Source of the DNA: Catajapyx aquilonaris
Lineage: Eukaryota
Direction: 5' to 3'
Assembly (NCBI GenBank): GCA_000934665.2
Contig: JYFJ02000290.1
Location: forward strand, 1 to 64,000
DNA: 64,000 nucleotides
The position numbers and the translations under genes were made by a program. The notes beneath the pieces are model-generated. The model had not been told where the DNA came from and did no database searches. It saw only the letters and a program-made list of their open reading frames with translations. Shown here one piece after another: positions 12,015-22,600 of this stretch. Numbering within the stretch: the first letter of the stretch is position 1; each line of letters begins with the position of its first letter.

Positions 12015-14012
12015 TTACCTGGGGGCAGCAGTAATGGCAAGTGGCTGCTGCTGCTGCTGCTGCTGGTGGTGGTGCCTGTGACGCCCGCCAGATCTTTCGC
12101 CAGGATAAGAAATTGCGGTCTGACGGCTGCCATGAGTGCGTTCCTGCCACTCCTGGTGAAACTGGTCGCCTTCATCTAAGCAAAAGAAATGCCAAGCATT
12201 GTTTGTAGTGTTCAGTGTTTTTGCTTCCACCGCACCATTCAACTTTGTTGATTGCATTTCTTAAACTGTCATCACTGTAAGTAAACCTCATCTTTCTAGG
12301 GCTGATAGAGGGGACCAAGACAAACATTTTTTACATAGGAAACCCGTGTCCGGAAACGCCATCTAGAGAGGGTTCACAGACAAGGAAAGGGTGCGCTCAG
12401 ATGTGTCACGCAGGAGGCGCTAACGAGCGGACTGTTTAGTTACTAGGTGATGCGCGGATAGTAAACAACATCGCGATGAGCAATAACCTGGCAACAACAG
12501 ACCCACCTAGCAACTAAATCCCACTTGCTAGGTAGCCTGCGTATAGTAAATAATGGCTCTGTTGGTCCCAGGTTATTGCTCATTGTGATGTTGTTTACAA
12601 TCTGCGCGCCACCTAGCAACTAAACAGTCCACTCGTTAGTTCCTGCTGCGTGAAGCGTCTGAGCGCACCCATTCCTCGTCTATGAACCCCCTCTAGATGG
12701 CGTTTCCGGACATGGGTTCCTATGTGAAATATGTTTGTCTTGGTCCCCTCTATCACCCCTAGAAGTTTGTCGGTTGAATTCATTTACTCCCTGTACAGTG
12801 GAAACCTATCCATAACGGGGAAAAATTTAGGGTCCCGTGCGATTCTGCAATACACAGGTTTCACTGTAATAGACTAATCATATGAAAATACACCTGGTAT
12901 TTTAAAAGAATTAATTGATACAATAATTTTTTATGTCGAGGTCCCCTGAGACTTGCCCTGAGACATGAATATTCTTTCAAGGGTTTTCCAAGGGTAAGAA
13001 GGTTGAGAAAGGCTGGGCTAATCCCTCAGCAATATGTTTCTACAGTGCGGAAAAGGCGATCTGACGTCATCAAGGTTTCCATGGAAATACCCTCACACAA
13101 CAGTAAGAGTAAACAATGTCAACAAAAAAGAACAATGTATGAAACAATGACATCAGATCGCCGCTTCGCTTTATGCACTGTAGAACCTTCTCATGCCGTT
13201 GCAAACACTGAGAACTCCGCAACAAACTCTTGCTTGCAATTTTTGTAAAATACATGAAGCGCATGCTGCATTTACATACTTTTTTTTTTTGGGGGGGGGG
13301 TTGCAAAATATAAGAGTCTGGCCTCCACCTTACCCTCATCAAGGTTTATGTACTCCTGCCTCTCCTCCTCGTCGCCAGTCCGGTAATTGCGTTCTTTCTC
13401 AACGATATGCGCTCGCTCGTTGATGTGGTGGCCGACTGCCATCTTCCTTACGCCACTGTGAGTGTCAGACACCGTCTTGCGCGTCTCCCTCACTCCATCT
13501 GGACCTGCACGCACAGAGCTGGTGGCTTGGTACACCTGAGGACGCCCAGTCTCGTCTGTCGTCATGGTCATCACACTGCTGCTGCTGTACGAGTGGCTGC
13601 TCGGTGCGCCACCACCCATCAGAGCCTGCATGTTCATCATTCCGGGGAAACCAAACCCCATGCCAGACATCCCGTAAGGAAACATCTGCTGGGCTTGCGG
13701 CTGAATTTGTTGGCGGCCGTGCTGTTGCAGCTGCTGGGCATCCATCAGGCGAGGGTATCCACCACCGTGCATGTCCATCATGCCAAAGGGGTCGCCTCCC
13801 AGCATACCGCCCATCATTCGATTCATCTGCTGCATTGCGTGAGAGTGGGCCCTGAGGAAACATGTGAAATATGAACGTTCCATTTCCCACATCAGCAATG
13901 CAGAATCCAATCGCTGCACCTGATAAATACGTAATAATGTCTCGTGTCCTTACCTGAAGGGCGAATACTCGTCGTCGAACAGGTCTCCCATGAGTGCCCC
14001 AAACAGCGACAT
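12015..14012 (-). CDS. Mlf: Myeloid leukemia factor. Exons 14012-13954, 13851-13334, 12175-12015 (245 aa if unspliced at 12019; 272-273 aa with a further last exon)
   Basis: MSLFGALMGDLFDDEYSPF start; MLF domain YSSSSVMTM...GRPQVYQATSSVRAGPDGVRETRKTVSDTHSGVRKMAVGHHINERAHIVEKERN...EERQEYINLDEDEGDQFHQEW; GT-AG junctions in frame. Confidence 0.93.
12294..12795. mobile_element. Large fold-back MITE in an Mlf intron (probably Tc1/mariner-type)
   Basis: 12294-12764 is an imperfect palindrome with arms over 200 bp; the right side ends ...CCCTG-TA. Confidence 0.75.
12796..12866. mobile_element. Small pogo/Tigger-like MITE
   Basis: TA-CAGTGGAAACCT...AGGTTTCACTG-TA. Confidence 0.6.
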
Positions 14013-14465
14013 CCTCTGTAATTATTCACGCTTCGTCAGTCGCTCCAGAAACTTCCTCAATAAAAATTGCGCAACTGCAGCACCCCCTCCTACGCTTTTA
14101 ATTCCAACCAACAACTGCCACCTAGGCCTAGCTCAGATTCCGTTCCAGAACAATCCCCACCTCGATTCTTTTCGATCCCTCCCAATAAAAAACGGAGGAG
14201 GGCCCCTACTAGACACCTCCGTACGCTCCAAAACAAGTGTCCGGAATATTCCGTACACTGTACCCAAGTGTTCCGATTAGCAAGTCTCGCATAAGCAACG
14301 TTCCAGTTGGGCAGAAGAAAAGAGGGGCGATCTGGCAACGCAGCAGTGCAGTTAGTGACGTCATGGGCAGGGTTGCCAACCGGCCAACTCTCGACCTTGG
14401 AAGGTGAGACTGGAAGGGAGACGACATTTTTCCGGCTTTTTCGATTTTTTGGGGAAAAACTGGCG
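14013..14465. promoter_or_regulatory. Bidirectional promoter region Mlf/DJ-1
   Basis: Divergent ATGs with 453 bp between them; CRE TGACGTCA at 14356; HSE-like elements at 14042-14056, 14143-14150 and 14238-14252. Confidence 0.7.
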
Positions 14466-16312
14466 ATGAAGAAAGCTCTGGTGCTGCTGGCCGGTGGGGC
14501 TGAAGAGATGGAGGCGGTCATTGCCATAGATGTGCTCAGGCGAGGAGGGGTAATAATGCTTAGGCAATAATCAGCTGATCCAAAGTGTTCTAGAGCATTT
14601 AATTTACATTAGAACATTAGTTCCAGTGTTAGTTCAAATGTTCTAGAACATTCATTAGTTCCAGTGTTCTAGAACATGTAGTTCCAGTGTTCTAGAACAT
14701 GTAGTTCCAGTGTGTAGAACATTAATTTGCATTAGAACATTAGTTCCAGTGTGTAGAACATGAATTTACATCAGAACATTAGTTCAAGTGTTCTAGGGCC
14801 AGAACATTAGTTCTAATGTTCTAAAACATTAATTTACATTAGAACGTTAGCTCCAATGTTCCAGAACAAAAACTGTATCATCAATGAGCACAGTATATGC
14901 TCCAACAAGAACACAGTATAGTACAAACATTCATGAACAGTTTTCATTATCAGTGCTCAGTGAACGTCGGTCACTGGACTAAGCCTTTATGTGGCAAATG
15001 CCACCAATTTGTCATGTAATAAGAACGGATTTTTAGGTTCTAAAAAAAAAAAACTGAAAAAATGGTAGGGATTTAGGCCCCAAAAAGAGTCAAAATAGGC
15101 TCTTAAATAGGCAGTAAAAATCAAGCAGGTCCTTATTGATTTTCATTTCTATACAATATTTCAGCATGGCCATGAATTTTGTAGCACAGTAACAAATTAG
15201 CAGTTGTTCCATGATTTCATTGGTTAGTCTGCGACTCCTGTCTAACAATACATCTTTATACGCTGAAAATGACCTTTCGAGGTCATGTGAGGTAACTGGA
15301 TCATTCTTGAAAAATGACATTTCTGCTCCTACCAGTTCATCCTGCATCTTCTTCGCCCTTCACAGGTTGAAGCGCGAGGAATGCCTTGAACAGAAAACCC
15401 GCAAAATCTCAAAAATCATATGGAACTGTGTCAAAAAGGCGCTAAAAGGCTATTAAGGTTCCAACGCCCAAAATAGGTTATTTTAGGTTCTCTGAAACTA
15501 TGATTTTTGAGGTCCGTGTGTTATGAAACGGAGATATATTTTAGTTCCAGTGTTCTGCTTACAGAATAAAAAGTAGGTGAAAACCTAGAAATCCGTTCTC
15601 AACTCATGAGCAACAACTTAGCTTTGAAATGCAGCACCTTTCCAGATCAAGGTGACTGTTGCTGGACTAGAAGATGCGTTGCCTGTCAAATGCTCCAGGG
15701 AAGTTGTGATCAAGCCTGAAATCTCTCTGGATGATGCGCTGAAGAGTGGGCCGTACGATGCGGTGGTGCTTCCAGGTGGTTTGGGTGGTGCGGAAAACCT
15801 TTCAAAAGTAAGTGGCCTGCTGCTCAAGTTAATCGGATCTAAAATGACGTATTTTCAGTCCTCCAAGGTGAAGTCGGTTCTAATAGACCAGGAGAAGTCG
15901 CATCGTATCATTGCTGCCATCTGTGCCGGCCCAACTGTGCTGAAGCAACATAAAATAGCCTTTGGAAAGCAGCTCACGTCATATCCATCTGTGAAGGAGA
16001 CAATGGAAGAGGGGAATAACTACATTTACAAGGAGGACAGGGTTGTTGTCGATGGTAAAAAGCTGTTTTAACGTCTCTGGCAACAGATTCCACTTGTATG
16101 AAAGCGACTTCCAAGAAATGCCATTCCCCATGACATAATCCATACTCACCTTGGTGTCGAGTGGGCTACAATAATCGACTTTTCAATTTGCAGATAACTT
16201 GGTGACAAGTCGAGGTCCAGGAACTGCATTTGAATTTGCCCTCACATTGGTGTCCAAGATGGCTGGGGAGAAAAAGGCTGGTGACGTCAGGACACAATTG
16301 TTGTTGCAGTGA
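14466..16312 (+). CDS. DJ-1: DJ-1/PARK7 (DJ-1/PfpI family), 186 aa. Exons 14466-14549, 15646-15807, 15859-16054, 16194-16312
   Basis: MKKALVLLAGGAEEMEAVIAIDVLRRGG|IKVTVAGL...YDAVVLPGGLGGAENL...IAAICAGP (catalytic Cys)...VVVDDNLVTSRGPGTAFEFALTLV; 561 nt in frame. Confidence 0.96.
14584..14867. repeat. Minisatellite (about 21-22 bp unit TAGAACAT(G)TAGTTCCAGTGTTC with interspersed TTAATTTACAT) in DJ-1 intron 1
   Basis: About ten degenerate tandem units visible; the unit junction TGTTCTAGAACA is palindromic. Confidence 0.88.
15012..15609 (-). mobile_element. Non-autonomous DNA transposon carrying a transposase C-terminal remnant (hAT-like)
   Basis: Imperfect 28-bp TIRs TCATGTAATAAGAACGGATTTTTAGGTT / AACCTAGAAATCCGTTCTCAACTCATGA; internal ORF PVTSHDLERSFSAYKDVLLDRSRRLT resembles the hAT dimerisation motif. 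Boundaries are approximate. Confidence 0.65.
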
Positions 16313-16671
16313 AATTAAAAGACGTAGATTTTGGCGGCTCAAAAAGCCTTTCGATATATGTATATTTTTTTTTCCTCTTTACTATCCCAGTATCTACACA
16401 AATAAACACAGAAAAATAAATAAGGACAAAATCGATGAAACACTCGCATACCTAATCCGCTGTCCCCATGTCTGGTATCAAAGACATAAATGCACTGAAC
16501 ATGTGGAAAAAGAAACTCAGGGGAAGTGGCGGTTGCTCTGAAATACTGTACCGAAATTACGAACGACATAAAAAGCAGGTAACTCCGACTAATTGACCCA
16601 AAATCCGGCTACGTTTCTACTGCATTCTTCTTCCAGCTTGAACCCTGCTGACCCAGTACTTAGCCCCCTTT

Positions 16672-19600
16672 TTAATGATGTCCACCTCTGGCTGCTTCTT
16701 CCAGTGCCCTTACTTTCATCTCCCGCTCTCTCTGCTGCCTGCAAGCAATTTCATGTTCTTCAGAATCAGATAGTACTTTGTACACCCAGTCCGGCCTTCC
16801 ATAACTCCAACGGCTATAAGTAGGCACACCCTTCCTGTTATTACAACGAGTGCAAGAGAGGTCAAGTGCAACAAGGAGTGTTGCCCTTAAATTTACCAGT
16901 TCATTTTGGGTTTCTGAAATGAACTTGGTGTAAGAAACTCGGGATACTGTGCTTTCATCTGAACATTACTTTTAATATGGTAATTGGGGTGGCCTATATT
17001 GTGCAAGTCTATTGGGGTGCCTCATATTTTCATGCAATGACATCCGTACAGTTTCTTTGGATCACCAAGCATTACTGAAAACTTACCTTAGGTACTCGTC
17101 ATGTGGTGCCAGCATAGGTGTATGCATTGGTGGCCCCGGAGGAGGTGGGAACCTCTCTCTTTCCAGCAGCATCTGTCTCTGAAGCTGCTCATGTGCTGCT
17201 TGCGCAGAGAGCTGCGCTATTTGGTCCGCATACGGACGGCCCAATATATCCTGACCTGGATGCAAGCCGAGGGTTGGGTCGCGTGGAAGGAACAGGCTGG
17301 GTCGTGGATACCCACTAGTTGCAGATGCTGGTAGAGGGAATCCTGGTGGTGCTCCACCTAACTCTTGTCCTGGGTGTAGGTGTAGGTGTGTGTGAGAATG
17401 AGCATGTGTGTGTGCATGGGTATGGGCATGAAACTCAGGGTTGAGGCCTGCCATCTGTAAGCGAACCATGGGATCAGTTGCCAGAGCAAGCCGCTCAGCG
17501 TGAAGACGTTCAGCAGCAGACATGCGCTCCACCGAACTTGATAATGGATCAGGACCAAGCGATGTTGGGATTCCAAGGCGCTCGAGACGTTCTCGTTCCA
17601 GCTGCGGGGCACCAGAGGAATACAGGCCGAATCCAGATTGGTGCATTCCAGGTGGGGGCGGGCCAGATTGGTGCCCAGGTGCCAGCCCTGCATACCGACG
17701 AATGTCCAACCAGTGGGAGTCTATTGGCAAGCGTGGACCAACTCCAGCAGCAGCAGCACTCTTCATAAATTCCTCCTTCATCCGGTCATTGAGCTCCCGC
17801 TCACGCAACTCTCGTAGCTCCCGCTCTCGTTTCTCACGCTCCATTTGCTCCAGTTCAAACCTCTCCCGACTTCCAGCTTGCGCAGCTGCAGCAACCGCGG
17901 CAGCACCGTACATGCTGCTAAGCTGGTAGTGCAGCATCGGGTGGATTGCATCCGGAGGTAGTGAACGAGGAAGGCTGCCTGGGCTGAAACCAGTGTGAGG
18001 TCGAGCATACTCAGACAACTGGCGAAGAGCAGGGGTGTCTGCATATCCGGGACGTGGAGTGAAGCGCTCGTATGGGGAGGCCATGCTTTCCAGCAGACTC
18101 CCGCTTGAGTTGGCATTGCTGTTAGGGTGGGGCTTGGGGGTATCCCGCTTTTCAGGAGTTGCTTCCTTGCGCTGGAAATGGAGTCAGGTAGTTGTCAGGC
18201 ACTTCTAAAGGTAAACTACACCAAGCAATATAACCAGTGGATTCAATAAATTTTACATGCAGGTTCACTCACCGAATCCACCCAACGACCTCTCATTCAT
18301 TTTTAGTACTGCACCAACAGTCACAGAATTAATCTTTGACTAGTGCAGTTACAATAGTTAAACCAAGAATTTATTGCATGTACTGCTCCCCTGAATCTGG
18401 TGTTTCAGTACATACATTTTGTATTTGGAATTGCACACGAAGGCACAGAGCGCACGTGAAACTGACAATCGAAGACCTTACCGCTTGTGCTGCAGCACGC
18501 TCTCTTTCCTCTCGTTCCTTTTCAGCTTGCCGCCGCATCCTTTCCTCTCGTTTTCGGGCCAGTTTTGAATCAGGAACGGGCTTGAATGTCAGATCAGTAC
18601 GAGCACACGAATTGAAGTCTCCCCGATTCCAATGGCGGAGGAATCTGCAGAATAAGACATGATTATTGGTAGGTGGTCACAATGTTTTTGCACTAACAAT
18701 TGACACCCAACAGCAATTTCACTTTTAGTATATTCTTACGTATTTGAATCACTTACATCGCACTCTGGCTTCTGTGGCATTCGGAGTCTTCAATCTTGGG
18801 CTCCGGACTGGGTCCTCGAGGTATATGCGTTGGGCTGGGAACCTCCTCTTCTGGCTCCTCAGGCTCTTCCGGTGCAGGGGGTGGCACATGCTGCACCTCT
18901 TCCTGGTGGCTTGGTGGTGGCTGTGGAGGTGACGTCACTACTGGACTCTGCGACACAGGGGCAACCTGTAGTGGCTGGGGTACCATAATCCTGTGCGGTG
19001 GCTGAGGTGCTGGTCGAGACACTGCTGGCTGTGGCATAGGTGCTGATGGAGGTGCAACTGATGGGTGTGGTGGTGCCACAGGTGGCGGGTAGTGCATCTG
19101 TTCAGCCCATGACGCTGGTGCTGGAGGTTTGGGTGCAACGGAATAGTCCATTGCTGGCGGTGCTGTTGGTGGTACTCCTTGGGGTGCTGGCTTGCTGACT
19201 GGAGCATAAGTGGGAGGTGATGGAGCATTGGGTTTTGGTTTGGGTACACTGGGTGCCGGAAGAGGTTGTGATGCAGGGGTCTCTGGTACTGGAGGTTCAG
19301 ACACAGGAGGTGGCATCTGGTGTGGAACAGGTGCTGGGACTGGAGGCACCCTTGGTGCATACTGGTATGGAAATGGATATGGGTATGTATACGGTGCATA
19401 TGGATGATGAGATGTAGGCGTGTATGCTGCCATGGGGTGAGTGCTGAAAGCAGATGATGCTGACACAGTCACGACATTTGCAGACGAGGGTCCCATTGAG
19501 TGCATTGGGTGGTGTGGATGTGTCGGCACCCCATGAGCTGTTGGATGCATTTGTTGTACTGTTGGTGGGTGAGAGATCGGAACCTGCATGCTCGGTGTTG

Positions 19601-22600
19601 GTATAGTCAGGGTCTGAGCAGGTGCTGTGGTCATCGGTGCACTCACTGATGGTTTTGGGCTGGGTGCTGAGGTCACCTGGGGTGGGGCCTTGACAGGTTC
19701 CGCTTCAGGTTCCTTCTTTATTTCCTGGGCATGTCCAATGTACACAGAGGTAGGTGCCACACTGGACACTGGTGGGGGAAGAGGAGCCACACCGTACCCA
19801 GGTATCTTCACCTCTCGCAGGCTCTGGAGTGGGTCTGGTGGTGGAGGTGGCACCTCCTGCTTTATCTTGAGATTCTGTGGCTCTGTCTGCTGTGGCACTT
19901 GTGGCATTGCCACTGCAGTTGATATGGGCACCACTGGTGGGGGTGGGGGGTACATCAATGGTGATGGACTGTACCGCACCGGACTGTAAGGCTGACTCAC
20001 TGCCACCTCTGTTGTTACAGGTGCCACTGACTTCGGTACGTCAAGCATTGGCTTGGGGCACACTGGTATGTTGATGGGACACATGGGAGGTGGTGATGGT
20101 GGCGTCTCCTCAATCAACCCTGGCTCCTTCTTGATATGAATACTTGGTACAATAATTGGCGGGGCCACTACTGGAACTGGTGCCATGGTGCTGACAGGCG
20201 TTGGAGGAAGGCATGGTTCTTCCTTGATCACCGGATAAAGTGGCAGGGCAGGTGGAGGCGGCTCTTCTGGCAGTGGCACTGGTGTTGTCGGAGCTTCCTC
20301 TGGCACTGGCTCCACAGGCTCCTGCTTGATTTCTTCTTCACTCTTCATTTCCTGAACAGGAAGAGGAGGAGGGGGAGGCGGAGGAGGAGGAGGAGGCGGA
20401 GGGGGAGGAGGAGGAGGAGGAGGAGGAGGTGGTACCTCAGGTACTTCCTCCTCTTCAACTTTTTCAGGCTCAGTGGTAGTCTCCGCATCCTTTGTGGTGG
20501 CAGTAGGGGTGACAGGAGGAACTTCAGGCTCTGGAACCTGTGGCACCCTCAATGGTGTGGGAGTCCTCGATGTTCCAGCTTCAGTATCTCCCTCAGCATC
20601 TGCTTCTTTCTCATTGATCTCCTCATCCATTGAGCCACTCTCAGAAGAAGATATCTCCGATGGAGTCTGAAACATAATGGTCAATGTTGCAGAGTTGTCA
20701 TGATGCAAAATGCACGTTAGTTAAAGCAAAAGACTCTCTTTTGCCGCGTTTCAAAGCAGTTCTTCATTCATCTGTGTATGCACAGAAAGGGATCGATAAT
20801 ACTTGCACTTCAAATGATTTCCATGTATGTCACTGTTCTGCTTCAGGTAGAACACTTTGAATTCATTTTCAGTGACAATGGAAATGAAAATATTTAGCAG
20901 ATGCACGTCCTAATTTCTGTTCGTTCTGCCATAAAACTTGACGGACATCAGAAGGAAACTGATGTAATCCTTACAAATTGCCATTTTGATAGCATTAAAA
21001 ACCTACTTCAGCCCTATCTTCTTTCCTCTTCTTGCCTGTCGATGACCTATCCTCCTCTGCATCTGTGTCTGCCTCTCCTTGCCGCTTCTTCTCCTTACTT
21101 GGGCTCTCTGTCTTGGACTATTTGCAATCCAAATATTGTTTGTTAATTTCGCTGGTCAGGTAACACACTAAAAACAATGCAACTGACCAGTTCCTTGATG
21201 CGTGTTCTGGTGCAGACCCTTCCATCGTCTGGTGCCTGGACCGGACGAAACAAAAAGGGAGGCTCTTTGGAGTCGCTCAAAGCTGGGAGCTCACCCGACT
21301 TCTTCAAGAAAAGGTGACAGTCACTGCAGTATACTCCCTTCTCCTTTCCACCTATGTTGTGCCATTCACGTGATGCTGAAGATAATAGAAAAAACCAATT
21401 GTAATGTAATTTGCATTTTGTGTAGGCAATTTGAAAATATTCTCTCAGGTAGTTTGAATGCTGACAGTTATCATGCAACTGTACTTGCTTAGGCATACCC
21501 TAAAAATGTTATCATGCAAATTAGTAACACAAATCAGCAAATCTTTTAAACTGCGGCTACCTTAATTCGACACATTTTAAAACAATTCTAAAATGTGTGT
21601 TACTTACACGTGGTCCCACAGTGCTTGCACTGGATATAGTTTTGGTCCCGGCTATCTGAATCTTCGTCTGAGTTCTCCTCTTCACTGGCCGAGCTAGCGT
21701 CTCCTGCTTCCTCCTTGGCTGCCCTGGTCACACGAGTGGTGCGGATGCGCCTAAGGGTGCTCTGCCGCCGATGCCTGCGGTGCGTGCGGGTATGATTGGC
21801 CCCTGGGGTCTTCTTCCACAAATAGTAAAACTCAATCAGCTCCCCTGTCTCTTTGTGAGTCAAAAGCTCTTTTCGGATGCGGAAGAAATTCTTCCCATAC
21901 TGTCGCAGGCCTTTCACAAATCGCTTGGTCTCCTCTTCAGACCACTTCTTATCTATACCCTTGGGAACGGGACATTTTACCAATGCTTGCAAGGCCTTAC
22001 GAGGATCATACCCAGAGTCATGGAGCTGAAAAAATAGCCACAAAATTGTGGTACGTTTGTAAGATGAAAGCCAAGTACATTAATCATGATTAAGTACATT
22101 CCCAGTGAAGGAAACCTACCACATCCATTGCATTGAAGGTAGTGTCATCCCTGGAAGCAGCCATACACCCGTCATCAGGGGATCCCCCGTCACACATCCC
22201 TGCAAAGGCTGCCATGGATCTGGCTGCTCTAAGGTACATCAGCAGGTCAGAGTCAAAGGTCATCCCAGGAACCCATCTCTCCTCTTCCCAATCCTCGCAG
22301 CTTTCTGGACGAAGCTGTACTGGTACATTCACTTGCAGCTCTGGGAGCCGTGCCTAGGGAAAATTTAACATTGATAAATTTTAGAAATGCCAGGTAACTC
22401 AGCCTCGTTTGGTGGTTCACTGACCCTTTTCTCTGTATTTGTTGAGGTCAGCATTACCTTGAGATAGATGATAACACATATTGCTTTCACAAATATACAC
22501 AGTATATGGTGTTGCAAATTGTAATGTGCAACATAATATGCTGAGTATATTTTGTCTTTTCGGTACATGACATGGCATTAGAACTCTTTAGTAAAGGCCT

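Noticed and set aside
14584..14867. CRISPR-like palindromic repeats
   Set aside because: No unique spacers, no cas genes, eukaryotic intron; it is a minisatellite.
17101..20670. Many plus-strand and alternative-frame ORFs over Atrophin (likewise over Vps11, Mlf and CYP307)
   Set aside because: Shadow ORFs of GC-rich coding exons with no independent protein signature.
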